Source: an uncultured bacterium (GTDB lineage: Bacteria; Hydrothermota; UBA3073; NMUJ01; CBEVQO01). Taken from it: a stretch of 64,000 bases of DNA. The notes under the pieces were generated by a model. The model had not been told where the DNA came from and did not search any database. It was given only the letters and a program-made list of their open reading frames with translations. The position numbers were made by a program, and so were the translations under genes. Below are positions 28,760 through 38,927 of the stretch, in pieces; position 1 is the first letter of the stretch, and each line of letters opens with the position of its first letter. The stretch covers positions 384,001 to 448,000 of the forward strand of contig CBEVQO010000001.1 in NCBI GenBank assembly GCA_965552055.1. The letters are read 5' to 3'.

Positions 28760-29683
28760 TCACCATTCAAAACTTTGCACAACTATTATATCTTTTTTTC
28801 GTGCTTCTTCTATAAATTTTTTCCTTGCGAAATGAGTTACTATTACTTTGACTATATTCTGTTCACCGTATTCTGATACTACTGCATTTACTTTCTCTGC
28901 GAGTTCATCAAATACTTCTTCCTGTTCGCGTCTCTCAGATATTCTTAATTTTGCTTCTCCTATTATTAAGACATCTTTGCCATCTTTTTTGCCTTTACCG
29001 AAGATATTTATCTCTTTGCCACCGATTTCTTCTCTTATAAATTTTTCTTTTATTTCTATGTTATATTTTTCCTTCAATATTTTTGGTAACATTCTTGCTG
29101 CTTCGTTTTCGAATGCGTAGCTTATTGTCCTTGATAGTCCACCGAGTTCCTGTCTCGTTGATTTAATGGCTTCTGTAAGAGTCCTTATCTCATCTTCTGT
29201 TCTTTTTTGAGCTTCTGCTAATTCTTCTACCCTCTGTTCTGTTCTTTTTTGAGCTTCTGCAAGTTTTTCCACCCTCTCTTCTGTTCTTTTTTGAGCTTCT
29301 GCCAGTTCTTCTACTCTCTGTTCAAGTTTCTTCTGAGCCTCTGCTAACTCCTGGACTCTTTGCTCGGTTTTCTTCTGTGCTTCTGCTAATCCTTCCACCC
29401 TTTTTGCTAATTTTTCCACTCTTTGCTCGGTTTTCTTCTGTGCTTCTGCTAGTTCTTCCACTCTTTGCTCAGTTTTCTTCTGAGCCTCCGATAATTCTTC
29501 TACTCTCTTTGCTAATTCTTCTACTCTTTTTTCAGTTTTCTTCTGTGCTTCTACAAGCTCCTTGATTGCCTTTCGTATTTCTTTAAATTCCATAATTTCT
29601 TCTCTCAATTTCTGGAATGCCTCATATATAGGTTCTCTTATCGCGGATGGTAACTCACTCAGTATGTCCCTTATTGTTCGCAT
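28760..29683 (-). CDS. Coiled-coil repeat protein with C-terminal PD-(D/E)xK-like domain (DUF3782-like)
   Basis: 14-aa repeats 'EQRVEELAEAQKKT'; C-terminal 'EINIFG...IIGEAK'; start at the promoter-proximal ATG. Confidence 0.8.
   Translation of the reverse strand: MRTIRDILSELPSAIREPIYEAFQKLREEIMEFKEIRKAIKELVEAQKKTEKRVEELAKRVEELSEAQKKTEQRVEELAEAQKKTEQRVEKLAKRVEGLAEAQKKTEQRVQELAEAQKKLEQRVEELAEAQKRTEERVEKLAEAQKRTEQRVEELAEAQKRTEDEIRTLTEAIKSTRQELGGLSRTISYAFENEAARMLPKILKEKYNIEIKEKFIREEIGGKEINIFGKGKKDGKDVLIIGEAKLRISERREQEEVFDELAEKVNAVVSEYGEQNIVKVIVTHFARKKFIEEARKKDIIVVQSFEW
29195..29565 (-). repeat. Intragenic 42-bp (and 21-bp half-unit) tandem repeats
   Basis: Recurrent ttctgttcttttttgagcttctgc and ttttcttctgtgcttctgcta units. 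Confidence 0.85.
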
Positions 29684-29690
29684 CCCATTT

Positions 29691-29717
29691 ATTATAATCA
29701 AATTAAAAATTTGTCAA
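29691..29717 (-). promoter_or_regulatory. Putative promoter TTGACA-15bp-TATAAT, 7 nt before ATG 29683
   Basis: Perfect boxes. Confidence 0.75.
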
Positions 29718-29741
29718 TTAAAAATTTTTTATAAAAAACTA

Positions 29742-29768
29742 TTGACAATTTGATATTTTGTTTAAAAT
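29742..29768 (+). promoter_or_regulatory. Putative promoter TTGACA-15bp-TAAAAT, 8 nt before ATG 29777
   Basis: Boxes read directly. Confidence 0.72.
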
Positions 29769-29776
29769 TTCAAGTC

Positions 29777-30685
29777 ATGGTAGTGCTGATATTTTTGGTA
29801 GGGATAAATATAGGAGACGCCGTAAGAATGTTAAATGAAACCTGTCTCGAGCCCTACATATCGCCTGTGATGAGAGGATTTCTTATGGGACTTAATACCA
29901 ATCTTTATCATACCGGACGCTCACACGCATTGCTCGGAGGAGATGTTAGCTTAAGCCTTTCTTTTGTAACTATACCGGATAAGTACGATTATGCTACCTA
30001 TAAAGTGTTGAAATGGAATTCGTCAGCTCTTAATTTCACAGATACAGTTGAAATAAAGTGGACAACAGCATCGGGTCCTGAGAAAAGCGATAGTACACTG
30101 GGTGAAGAATATCTGCCACCTGTCCTTCCCCGTGGTTTCAATGTAAACTTATTACCGCTTCTTCTCGTTCAGGTAAATATAGGTTTGTTGCGAGGAGTAG
30201 AAGTCGGACTTAGATATCTCCCTGTTTTTAAATTACTGGGCGAAAAGTTTGCTTACTGGGGCGCAGGAATAAAGCTCGACCTTAAGAAGATGAGGGTGCT
30301 AAAGACTCCTTTCCATCTTACTCCATTCTTTTTCTATCAATCTATAAGATGGGGTGAGTTTGCAAAAGTTGATATTATAAGTATTGATTTGATATTTTGT
30401 AAAACTATAAATTTGCATTTATTTACGTTGACACCTTATATAAGTCCAGGGATAGGTTTTGCTACTGCGAGATTCTCCTATGGCTTTAAATATACCGATC
30501 CGCTTACTAACGAGCAAAAAGAAATACAGTTATCACCTTCTTTTGGCTATTTTGCTCCGAAATTATCAGGGGGACTGAGATTTAGATTTCCCTTAATGCC
30601 ACTTGTTGGCTGGACGCTCGTATTTAACGCTGTATTTACTGAATTTCCATCTTTTTCAATTGGTCTTGGTTTAACTGCGAGATGA
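29777..30685 (+). CDS. Putative outer-membrane beta-barrel protein (DUF6588-like)
   Basis: Short hydrophobic N-terminus; 'Y..P...GF..GLN..LYHTG'; 'QVNIGL..GVEVGLRYLP'; amphipathic beta strands. Confidence 0.6.
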   Translation: MVVLIFLVGINIGDAVRMLNETCLEPYISPVMRGFLMGLNTNLYHTGRSHALLGGDVSLSLSFVTIPDKYDYATYKVLKWNSSALNFTDTVEIKWTTASGPEKSDSTLGEEYLPPVLPRGFNVNLLPLLLVQVNIGLLRGVEVGLRYLPVFKLLGEKFAYWGAGIKLDLKKMRVLKTPFHLTPFFFYQSIRWGEFAKVDIISIDLIFCKTINLHLFTLTPYISPGIGFATARFSYGFKYTDPLTNEQKEIQLSPSFGYFAPKLSGGLRFRFPLMPLVGWTLVFNAVFTEFPSFSIGLGLTAR

Positions 30686-31092
30686 GTGATTTCGAACCCA
30701 AAATTGTTTGCTTTTTCTGTAAATGGTGCACCTATGCTGGAGCTGATCTCGCTGGCACTTCCCGTATGAAATACAAACCAAACGCAGTGCCTATCAGAGT
30801 AATGTGTTCTTCAAGGGTGTCACCTGCACATATCCTTAACGCTTTAAAAGAAGGAGCTGATGGAGTTCTCATAGGAGGATGTCATCCGGGAGACTGTCAT
30901 TACCAGACCGGTAATTACAAAACCTTAAGAAGGATTTTATTACTGAAAAAGATGTTACCGCAATTCGGGATTGACCCGAGAAGAGTTAGACTCGAATGGA
31001 TATCAGCAGCGGAATCCTCAAAATTTGTTAAAGTTATGGATGAATTCATCGAAGAAGTAAGAAAACTGGGTCCCCTTAAGATTCACCAGTGA
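30682..31092 (+). CDS. mvhD: Hydrogenase iron-sulfur subunit (MvhD/FlpD family)
   Basis: [37 protein letters not shown]. Confidence 0.92.
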   Translation: MSDFEPKIVCFFCKWCTYAGADLAGTSRMKYKPNAVPIRVMCSSRVSPAHILNALKEGADGVLIGGCHPGDCHYQTGNYKTLRRILLLKKMLPQFGIDPRRVRLEWISAAESSKFVKVMDEFIEEVRKLGPLKIHQ

Positions 31093-32627
31093 TAGCCAAA
31101 ATAAATTCAGCAGCGGTTATAGGAATAGATGCTTACAAAGTGGATGTAGAAGTTGATTTATCTCAAGGTTTACCCCAATACCTTACCGTAGGACTTCCAG
31201 ATAGTGCAGTTAAAGAATCAAGAGACAGGGTAGAGAAAGCGATAAAAAATTCTGGTTTTTCCTATCCTCTAAAAAAGATTACGATAAATTTAGCACCTGC
31301 TGATATCAGGAAAGAAGGCTCTGCTTTTGATTTACCAATAGCCATTGGAATTTTAACCGCTCAGGGGCTTATAAATCCCGAAAATTTAAAGGATAAAATA
31401 ATCGTAGGTGAATTATCACTCGATGGAAGTGTAAGAAAAGTAAAAGGAGTTTTACCTATTTCAATTTTTGCAAAAGAAAAAGGATTTAAAGGCTTAATTG
31501 TTCCTGATGAAAACAAAAAAGAGGCAGCAGTTGTTGAAGGAATTGATGTTTATCCTGTGTCTTCGCTTGAACAAACAGTTAAATTTTTAAATGATGAAAT
31601 AGAAATTGATAAATTTACCGTTGACAAAGAAGAAATTTTCAAATCATCTCAGGAATATGGTGTTGATTTCTCGGAAGTTAAAGGTCAAGAGAGTGCTAAG
31701 CGTGCAATTGAGGTAGCGTGTGCAGGAGGGCATAACATTTTGATGATAGGACCGCCAGGTGCAGGTAAAACGATGCTCGCAAGAAGGATACCTACAATCT
31801 TACCGCAAATGACCCTTGAAGAAGCACTTGAAACAACAAAAATTCACAGTGTTGCAGGCTTTCTGCATGGTGATATGCCGATAGTAGCTGTTAGACCATT
31901 CAGAGCACCACATCACACAATCTCTGATGCAGGTCTTATAGGTGGAGGTTCTTATCCCCGACCAGGTGAAGTAAGTCTGGCTCATAATGGTGTTCTTTTC
32001 CTTGATGAATTTCCTGAATTTTCAAGAAGAGCGCTTGAAGTTTTGCGTCAACCTCTGGAAGATGGTTTTGTGACGATTTCAAGAGCAAGTATGTCTTTAA
32101 CTTTTCCAGCACGATTTATGCTTGTAGCTGCAATGAACCCCTGTCCTTGCGGATATTATGGCGACCCGCATCACAACTGCACCTGTACCCCTCAAATGAT
32201 TCAGAGATATGTTTCAAAAATATCAGGACCTCTACTCGACAGAATCGACATCCATATAGAAGTGCCTGCACTATCTTATAAAGAACTTGCAGAAAAAAGA
32301 GAAGGAGAACCATCGGCAAAAATTAGAGAAAGAGTAGAAAAAGCAAGAAAAATACAACTTGATAGATACAAGGGTATAGAAGGCATTTATTGTAACGCAC
32401 AATTAGATTCAAAATTGATAAAAGAATTTTGTAAGTTATCGAAAGAATGTGAAAATTTACTTTCTACTGCGATAGATAAATTTGGTTTATCAGCGCGTGC
32501 ACATGATAGAATCCTGAAAGTAGCCAGAACAATAGCGGATTTAGAAGGCGAAAAGGAAATTGCTCCGCATCATATAGCTGAAGCAATTCAATATCGCACA
32601 CTCGATAGAAAATACTGGATGTTTTAA
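31089..32627 (+). CDS. comM: YifB/ComM family Mg-chelatase-like AAA ATPase
   Basis: [47 protein letters not shown]. Confidence 0.93.
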   Translation: MIAKINSAAVIGIDAYKVDVEVDLSQGLPQYLTVGLPDSAVKESRDRVEKAIKNSGFSYPLKKITINLAPADIRKEGSAFDLPIAIGILTAQGLINPENLKDKIIVGELSLDGSVRKVKGVLPISIFAKEKGFKGLIVPDENKKEAAVVEGIDVYPVSSLEQTVKFLNDEIEIDKFTVDKEEIFKSSQEYGVDFSEVKGQESAKRAIEVACAGGHNILMIGPPGAGKTMLARRIPTILPQMTLEEALETTKIHSVAGFLHGDMPIVAVRPFRAPHHTISDAGLIGGGSYPRPGEVSLAHNGVLFLDEFPEFSRRALEVLRQPLEDGFVTISRASMSLTFPARFMLVAAMNPCPCGYYGDPHHNCTCTPQMIQRYVSKISGPLLDRIDIHIEVPALSYKELAEKREGEPSAKIRERVEKARKIQLDRYKGIEGIYCNAQLDSKLIKEFCKLSKECENLLSTAIDKFGLSARAHDRILKVARTIADLEGEKEIAPHHIAEAIQYRTLDRKYWMF

Positions 32628-33361
32628 CGGCTTAAATAATTTATATCACCATAAATCACAAGTTCAAGTTCGCCTCTATATTCTTTTATTCTTCCATAGC
32701 ATTCAACTTTTTGACCGGGGAAAATTACGAAATGAGGATTAAAGATTACACATTTTATTGTGTTTTCGGGAGTTTTACCATCAGCGAGCACAAATATTTT
32801 GCCTTTTTTAATATCCCAAACATCTTTAACCCATCCCCTCACCCACACTACTTTACCCAGATATTTTTCGTTTATTTCCCCTATTTCAGTATATCTTTTA
32901 TTCAAAAATTTTAATCTGTCAATTGCATTCAAAAGAATTACAGGTTCTCCTGCTTTTATCTGTATTACTCCTGTTACTTCTACATAATCTCCTTCTCTTG
33001 GTACATGCAATCTTTCTGCTATATCGCCGTAAGCACGCACCCTTATTTCGCCCGTACCATCATCAAGTAAAAAAGAAATATACCCCTGCTTTATAAAAGG
33101 ATGACGAATAACTGTGCCCCTAACCCTTACCGTTGCAAAATTCATACCAATGTCAATATCTTTTATTTTTATCAGGTCAACTTCTTTTACTCTTGCCATG
33201 AAATAAATTGCAGCTAAGCCAACTATGGATACACAAATTGAAAGGATTTTTGTCAATCTAACGGATAACCTTTTCTTGATTTCAGCACCACAATAAGGGC
33301 ATTTTTCAAGAGCCCCCACAAATTTGCCACAACTGGGACAATAACTGCCTTTCTCTTCCAT
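32624..33361 (-). CDS. Zn-ribbon + TM + tandem OB-fold protein
   Basis: CPSC...CPYC; one TM helix; '[10 protein letters not shown]' and 'YRGELEL' OB-fold motifs. Confidence 0.75.
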   Translation of the reverse strand: MEEKGSYCPSCGKFVGALEKCPYCGAEIKKRLSVRLTKILSICVSIVGLAAIYFMARVKEVDLIKIKDIDIGMNFATVRVRGTVIRHPFIKQGYISFLLDDGTGEIRVRAYGDIAERLHVPREGDYVEVTGVIQIKAGEPVILLNAIDRLKFLNKRYTEIGEINEKYLGKVVWVRGWVKDVWDIKKGKIFVLADGKTPENTIKCVIFNPHFVIFPGQKVECYGRIKEYRGELELVIYGDINYLSR

Positions 33362-33368
33362 TTTATAA

Positions 33369-33395
33369 ATTTTATTCAAAAAAATAATTTGTCAA
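33369..33395 (-). promoter_or_regulatory. Putative promoter TTGACA-15bp-TAAAAT, 7 nt before ATG 33361
   Basis: Boxes read directly. Confidence 0.7.
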
Positions 33396-33396
33396 A

Positions 33397-34335
33397 TTAA
33401 AATGCAAAATTATCAAATGTAAGCTTCGCTGCACCAAATAAGCCTGCATCATCTTCGAGTGATGAAATTGTTATCTCCAAATCTTTACGCATAAGATAAA
33501 AAACTCTTTCGTTTATTTCTTTAACCATGCTTTCCCAGAAGAATTCATGTGCACGGGAAATTTTACCACCTATGATTATCTGTTCAAGGTCGAGCAAATT
33601 CAAAACAATGGATATCCCTATCCCGAGATATCTTCCAAATCTTTCCCATACTTCTTTTGCAAAATTATCACCTGCTTTTGCATGTAAATAAACTTTTTCG
33701 CAGGTTATTTCTTTTTCTTCTCTCAGTGATGTTTTTATCCCCTTTTCAAGTCCTTCTTTTACCCATCTATGTATTGCCTGTGCTGATGCGTATTGTTCGA
33801 GACATCCTCTTGAGCCGCATCCACATTTCACCCCATCTTTTTCAACAGTTATATGACCAAATTCTGAAGCACCACCGTGAGTACCGCTCCACAATTTACC
33901 ATCAAGAATAAGCCCTCCTCCCACTCCTGTCCCTAATGTTATGAAAAGAACATTACGCTTACTACGAGCAGAACCCAACCATTGCTCACCAACAGCAGCA
34001 CAATTCGCATCATTCTCAAAAATGAAAGGAAAAGGTAAAATTTTAAATTCCTCCCTTATTTTAAAACCATTTAACTCAGGAATGTTTGGAGATATTGTCA
34101 AAACTCCATTTATTTTATCAATGATGCCAGCAAGCCCTATTCCACATCCCACAATATCATTAAATTCTTTTTTAAAATCATTGCAAATCTCATATATCAA
34201 TTTTACAATTTCTTCTTTTTTTCTTGGAGTCCTAACCTCTTTTCTTTTTAAAATTTTACCACTATAATCAAAGAGTGCAAATCTTAGATTAGTTCCTCCA
34301 AGGTCAATTCCTATTGCTTTTTTATTTTCTCCCAT
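33397..34335 (-). CDS. ROK family sugar kinase (glucokinase-like)
   Basis: GIDLGGT, ENDAN, TLGTGVGGG, EFGH, CGCGSRGCLE. Confidence 0.93.
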   Translation of the reverse strand: MGENKKAIGIDLGGTNLRFALFDYSGKILKRKEVRTPRKKEEIVKLIYEICNDFKKEFNDIVGCGIGLAGIIDKINGVLTISPNIPELNGFKIREEFKILPFPFIFENDANCAAVGEQWLGSARSKRNVLFITLGTGVGGGLILDGKLWSGTHGGASEFGHITVEKDGVKCGCGSRGCLEQYASAQAIHRWVKEGLEKGIKTSLREEKEITCEKVYLHAKAGDNFAKEVWERFGRYLGIGISIVLNLLDLEQIIIGGKISRAHEFFWESMVKEINERVFYLMRKDLEITISSLEDDAGLFGAAKLTFDNFAF

Positions 34336-34859
34336 TCTTTTTTTAACTTCTTTTTATTTACCCATTTCTCAATGTGCGAAAAGTCAAGATTTTTATACAA
34401 TTCTAATATGCTCTTTATATCTTCAAGATGCCTCGAAGAACCCGTTTCCTTGTAATATTCCAGTTTTTTTATAACCACATCTTCTGGTGAGCAAAAAGAT
34501 GCTTTTAAATTTTTACTAAAAAATTCTTCGCGCCTGCGGTTAAATTCTTCTTTGCTGAATTCATCTTCTTTAAGCAAAAAGAAATCTATTTTAACACCAA
34601 GAGGTATGTAAATAAGATTGAAATGATGCTTTCTTTTAATAGCGTCTTTTATTTCTTCCGGGTTACAATACCAGTTTTCATCAAATTTTTTTACAAATTT
34701 TTCAACATCCCCTTTCTTTATATCCACTATGATATCCATATCATAGGTCATACGCGGTCGTCCATAAATCGCAACTGCAACTGAACCGCTGACCATATAA
34801 GGTATAGATAAATCGTTGAGAACTTTAATAACATACTCAAATATCTCTCTTTGGTTCAT
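34311..34859 (-). CDS. Nucleotidyltransferase family protein (DUF6036/AbiEii-like)
   Basis: 'GSVA...YG.PRMTYDMDI', 'SPEDVVIKKL', 'RHLEDI'. Confidence 0.78.
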   Translation of the reverse strand: MNQREIFEYVIKVLNDLSIPYMVSGSVAVAIYGRPRMTYDMDIIVDIKKGDVEKFVKKFDENWYCNPEEIKDAIKRKHHFNLIYIPLGVKIDFFLLKEDEFSKEEFNRRREEFFSKNLKASFCSPEDVVIKKLEYYKETGSSRHLEDIKSILELYKNLDFSHIEKWVNKKKLKKEWEKIKKQ

Positions 34860-35022
34860 TCAAAAATTTTTTGGCAATTAATCTCTGAATTTCTTCATCC
34901 TTTAAGTGCGGATTTTTCCCTTTATAGTAATGATACAAAAGATTTCTAACAAAATCATGTAATTCAAACACTATTTTAAGCTTTTCATGAGGTTTCAATT
35001 TCTTCAATATTTCATTCTGCAA
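34837..35022 (-). CDS. Small helical partner protein of the nucleotidyltransferase (putative antitoxin-like)
   Basis: 'ILKKLKPHEKLKIVFEL...NPHLKDEEI'; start uncertain (TTG just after the rnfB stop). Confidence 0.6.
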   Translation of the reverse strand: MQNEILKKLKPHEKLKIVFELHDFVRNLLYHYYKGKNPHLKDEEIQRLIAKKFLNEPKRDI

Positions 35023-35024
35023 AT

Positions 35025-35996
35025 CTAATCCTTCATCACTATTGCCTTTTTGGGACACACTGTGAGACATTGTCCACATCCGATACATTTTTCTTTTAAA
35101 ATTTTGTATTTTTCGCCCTCTTTTACTATTGCTTTAAACTGGCATACTTTTACGCATTCACCACAGCCATCGCATAAATCGGGATTTATAACGGCTTTTG
35201 GACGGCTCTTTACTCTATCCACTATTGCTTTTGTAGGACATTTTGCTACACAAATTCCACAGCCCGTGCATTTTTCATAATCAACAACTGCAAGGTTATT
35301 TTCGACTTTTATCGCATTTTCGGGACAACTTTTTTCACAGATTTTACATCCGATGCAGGCAACTTCACATGCATCCCTTGCTTTCTTACCGAAATCAAGT
35401 GAAGCACATGCAACAAAAATTTTGGCATCACGGGGTATAAGTTCAATTATGCCTTTGGGACATGTTTTAACGCATACACCACAGCCCGTGCATTTCTCCT
35501 CGTCAACTTCGGGAAGCCCAGCATCTGTCATATAAATTGCATCAAAAGGACATGCTTTCACACAATCGCCAAATCCTAAGCATCCGTATTTGCACATTTT
35601 ATCGCCATCTCCGAGCACCATCATCGAAGCACAACTTTTTACCCCGATATATTCGTATTTGAATTTGGCTTTTTTTATCCCGCCTCTACATTTTATTTTT
35701 GCCACTTTTGCTTCTACTGTCTTTATTTCTTTACCGAGTTCTTTTGCGAGGGCTTGCGCAACTTCAGGACCACCCGGTGCACATAGGTTTACATCTGCTT
35801 TGCCTTCAAGGAGCGCATGAGCATAACCTTCGCATCCGGGATACCCGCATGCACCGCAGTTAGCACCCGGTAATATTTCGAGCAAGCGCTTTAGCTTCTC
35901 GGGAACTTCTACAGCGAGTTTCCTGTGTATTAAAGTGAGAATCATTGCGAAGAAAAAGCCAAGCCCTCCGAGACCAAGAAGTGCCTTCCAAATCAT
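35025..35996 (-). CDS. rnfB: RnfB-type electron transport subunit with extra ferredoxin domains
   Basis: N-terminal TM helix, LPGANCGACGYPGC, CAPGG, multiple CxxCxxCxxxCP motifs. Confidence 0.88.
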   Translation of the reverse strand: MIWKALLGLGGLGFFFAMILTLIHRKLAVEVPEKLKRLLEILPGANCGACGYPGCEGYAHALLEGKADVNLCAPGGPEVAQALAKELGKEIKTVEAKVAKIKCRGGIKKAKFKYEYIGVKSCASMMVLGDGDKMCKYGCLGFGDCVKACPFDAIYMTDAGLPEVDEEKCTGCGVCVKTCPKGIIELIPRDAKIFVACASLDFGKKARDACEVACIGCKICEKSCPENAIKVENNLAVVDYEKCTGCGICVAKCPTKAIVDRVKSRPKAVINPDLCDGCGECVKVCQFKAIVKEGEKYKILKEKCIGCGQCLTVCPKKAIVMKD

Positions 35997-36005
35997 CTCC
36001 CCCTC

Positions 36006-36359
36006 CTACAAGAAGAATACTTTTATAAGTATCCCGATAATAGCAGCTAAACTCGTAATTAAAAACCATTCAAGGCGTGCTAAACACCGTTCTATGGAAG
36101 TTATTCTCCTATCAATTTCTTTGTGCTTTTCTTCAAGCTGTCTCTGCAAAAGTTTGTGCCTCTCCGTATTATGCTCTTCTATAAGAATAACTGTATCCTT
36201 AATGCTTTTCACCTGTTCTTCTATTCTTATTACTCTGGCTGCAGTCGATTCTTCAAAAATTTCAAATAACTTTTCTCCTTTTAACATTTCCTTAATTTCT
36301 CTTTTTACTGCCTCTTTTACTATTTTTTCAATCTCTTCTTTTGTAAGAATTTCTGCCAT
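36006..36359 (-). CDS. Coiled-coil protein with C-terminal TM helix (DUF1640/CCDC90-like)
   Basis: 'RVIRIEEQVK' heptads, then a hydrophobic tail; SD GGAGG. Confidence 0.65.
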   Translation of the reverse strand: MAEILTKEEIEKIVKEAVKREIKEMLKGEKLFEIFEESTAARVIRIEEQVKSIKDTVILIEEHNTERHKLLQRQLEEKHKEIDRRITSIERCLARLEWFLITSLAAIIGILIKVFFL

Positions 36360-36374
36360 CTTACCTCCTATATT

Positions 36375-37610
36375 CTAAAATAAACTCATCTGGGATTTTT
36401 TCTCTTCGAGACCTTCCAGCTTTATTCTTATCTCACCATATACTCCGTCATAACCAGGGATAACTTCTACCTTGCCTTCTCTCGCATTTATAACACATTG
36501 CGCTATTTTTTCACTACTCGCATGCTTTATCTCATCAAAAGATAAATTCAACAAAATATCAAACTCGTTACCAAGTTCATGTATCATTCTTTTATAATCT
36601 CTTTCAACAACAGGTGACTCTTTTGGTCTCCCGGTCGCAAATGCAATGATTTCCCTCAAAGGTATTAAATGCTTATAAGGAATTGCATTTTCGGGGACAA
36701 AACCTTCCTCTCTATCTGCAAGATTATGCACTCTATGTAAAACACCTATTGTTAACCTTTTTCCACATTTCGGGCATATACAATTTGTGGCTTCGGCTTC
36801 CTTCGGTGATACCCTTATACCGCATTTTCTGTGTCCATCATAATGATATTTGCCTTCTTCTGGGAAGAATTCAACTGTAAAGCCAAACTTTTCCTTATCT
36901 TTATTTTTTATTGCTTTCATTATTTCCCAGTAATTCAATTCGCAATTAAAATAATTTGCTTCTCTGCCTATATTTTGTGGCGAATGAGCATCGGAGTTAG
37001 ATATAAGTGCAAACCTATCAAGTGATGATAATCTCCAGTTCATGGGCGGGTCACTTGATAATCCTGTTTCGAGCGCAAGCACTTTATCTGTATATTCTTC
37101 AAAGCATTCATCAATGGAGTCAAATCCGGAATTTGCACCGAAAAGCGAAAACCAGGGCGTCCACACATGAGCAGGTGCAACATAAACGCCATCAATTTCA
37201 CTTAATCTTTTAAGCATTACTTTTGAATCAAGAGATAACTGTGGTCTGCCATCGGAAGATAAATCACCATATTCTCTCAAAATTTTATTGATTTCTTTTA
37301 CCCTCGCAAAATCAGGTGCAAAAATTATATTGTGAATTTTATAAGTTCTTCCATTTTTTTCGTAAACATTGCTTACTTCCGCTGTCAGCATATAGTAGAC
37401 ATCTTTATAAATGTAAAGATTTCCATTAACTGGCTGCAATTTTTCTTCAAGTTCTTTTAGCCATTCAGGATGAGTGAAATCACCTGTTCCCATGAGTTTT
37501 ATTCCTTTCATCTTTGCAGCGGTTGATATTCCATCTAAATTCATCTCTTTACTGGTGGCTCTTGAATATTTTGAATGTATGTGTAAATCTGCGAAAAAGC
37601 CCATTACCAC
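36375..37610 (-). CDS. Endonuclease Q family PHP-domain protein (TIGR00375)
   Basis: ADLHIHSKYSRATS, GTGDFTHP, ETGLSSD, SNSDAHS, GKYHYDGHRKC, CPKCG, PGYDGVYG. Confidence 0.9.
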   Translation of the reverse strand: MVMGFFADLHIHSKYSRATSKEMNLDGISTAAKMKGIKLMGTGDFTHPEWLKELEEKLQPVNGNLYIYKDVYYMLTAEVSNVYEKNGRTYKIHNIIFAPDFARVKEINKILREYGDLSSDGRPQLSLDSKVMLKRLSEIDGVYVAPAHVWTPWFSLFGANSGFDSIDECFEEYTDKVLALETGLSSDPPMNWRLSSLDRFALISNSDAHSPQNIGREANYFNCELNYWEIMKAIKNKDKEKFGFTVEFFPEEGKYHYDGHRKCGIRVSPKEAEATNCICPKCGKRLTIGVLHRVHNLADREEGFVPENAIPYKHLIPLREIIAFATGRPKESPVVERDYKRMIHELGNEFDILLNLSFDEIKHASSEKIAQCVINAREGKVEVIPGYDGVYGEIRIKLEGLEEKKSQMSLF

Positions 37611-38584
37611 CTCAAAATTACAGACCCCCAGCTGAATCCACCTCCAAATGTGTTTAAAAGCACAATATCACCCCGTTTTAACCTGCCCTGTTCTACTGCA
37701 ACATCAAGTGCAATAGGTATTGTAGCAGCAGGCACATTTGCATATTTATCAATAGTAACTACTGTTTTCTCCCATGGTATGCCCGTTCTTTTCAATGTCG
37801 CCTCAATAATTCTTATATTTGCCTGATGAGGAACATAAAGGTCGATATCATCTGCAGTTAATCCTGCCTTTTTGATGCATCTCTCGGCTGATTCAGCCAT
37901 CCAGCGAACAGCATGTTTAAAAACCTCTCTCCCCTGCATCACAACGGAATGCAATTTTTTGTCAACTGTTTCATGAGAGGCAGGAAGTTTTGAGCCACCT
38001 GCTGGCTGTATCAGAAGGTCACCAACAGTGCCATCTGCTCCCCAATCCCATGCAAGAATATCAGAATCATCATCGGAATTTTCAAGGATAGCAACTCCTG
38101 CTCCATCACCGAAAAGCACACATGTATTTCTGTCTTCCCAGTTTACAGCACGGGACATGGTTTCTGCACCAGCAAGCAAAACCCTTTTGCATGCACCCGT
38201 TTTCAATAACCCTTGAGCAATTATAAGTCCATAAACAAAGCCAGAACACGCAGCTTCTATGTCAAAAGCAGGGAAGCATTTTATATTAAATTTTTTCTGC
38301 ACCCAGCATGCAGTAGCTGGATACATTGTATCGGGTGTCACTGTCGCAACAATTATACAATCAATATCTTCAGGCTTTAATCCTGCTTTCTTAAGTGCTT
38401 CTTGTGTCGCAAATACAACCATATCGGATGTTGCAAGATTCGGGTCATCAAGGATTCTTCTTTCTTTAATTCCCGTTCTCGTTGTAATCCATTCGTCAGA
38501 GGTATCGACCATCTTTTCGAGGTCAAAATTTGTCAAAACTTTTGGTGGTAAATATCTTCCAGTTGCGACAAACTTTATACCCAT
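37604..38584 (-). CDS. fabH: 3-oxoacyl-ACP synthase III
   Basis: DTSDEWITTRTGI, AACSGF, LFGDGAG, PHQANIRI, FGGGFSWG. Confidence 0.95.
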   Translation of the reverse strand: MGIKFVATGRYLPPKVLTNFDLEKMVDTSDEWITTRTGIKERRILDDPNLATSDMVVFATQEALKKAGLKPEDIDCIIVATVTPDTMYPATACWVQKKFNIKCFPAFDIEAACSGFVYGLIIAQGLLKTGACKRVLLAGAETMSRAVNWEDRNTCVLFGDGAGVAILENSDDDSDILAWDWGADGTVGDLLIQPAGGSKLPASHETVDKKLHSVVMQGREVFKHAVRWMAESAERCIKKAGLTADDIDLYVPHQANIRIIEATLKRTGIPWEKTVVTIDKYANVPAATIPIALDVAVEQGRLKRGDIVLLNTFGGGFSWGSVILRW

Positions 38585-38585
38585 A

Positions 38586-38927
38586 TCAGCAAGTCAAATG
38601 CAAAGCAGCTACTACTTTTTTCTTATCGACAAGTTTATTAAATTCTTCACATGCCAATTTTGTTGGCAATACTTTAACTTCTATTCCCCTTTCTCGCAGC
38701 ACTCTCAAAGTCTCATCTGGCACCCTCATCGCCCCATAAGCACCCGTTCCTATTATCAAAACCTCCGGCTTTTCCTTCAGAACATCTTCAAGGTCTTCGA
38801 TGCACAATGAATGCCCTTCTTTTCTCCACCAATCAGGTTTTACTTTGTCAGGAAAGATGATAATATCTGCCCTATAAGCTTTTCCATTCACTATTATTTC
38901 TCCAAAATTATAGCCTTCGATTTTCAT
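38586..38927 (-). CDS. Mth938-like (DUF498) protein
   Basis: 'WWRKEGH', 'IIGTGAYG', 'AALHLTC'. Confidence 0.88.
   Translation of the reverse strand: MKIEGYNFGEIIVNGKAYRADIIIFPDKVKPDWWRKEGHSLCIEDLEDVLKEKPEVLIIGTGAYGAMRVPDETLRVLRERGIEVKVLPTKLACEEFNKLVDKKKVVAALHLTC

Noticed and set aside
30682..31092. Selenocysteine recoding in MvhD
   Set aside because: The conserved Cys positions are ordinary Cys codons and there is no in-frame TGA.
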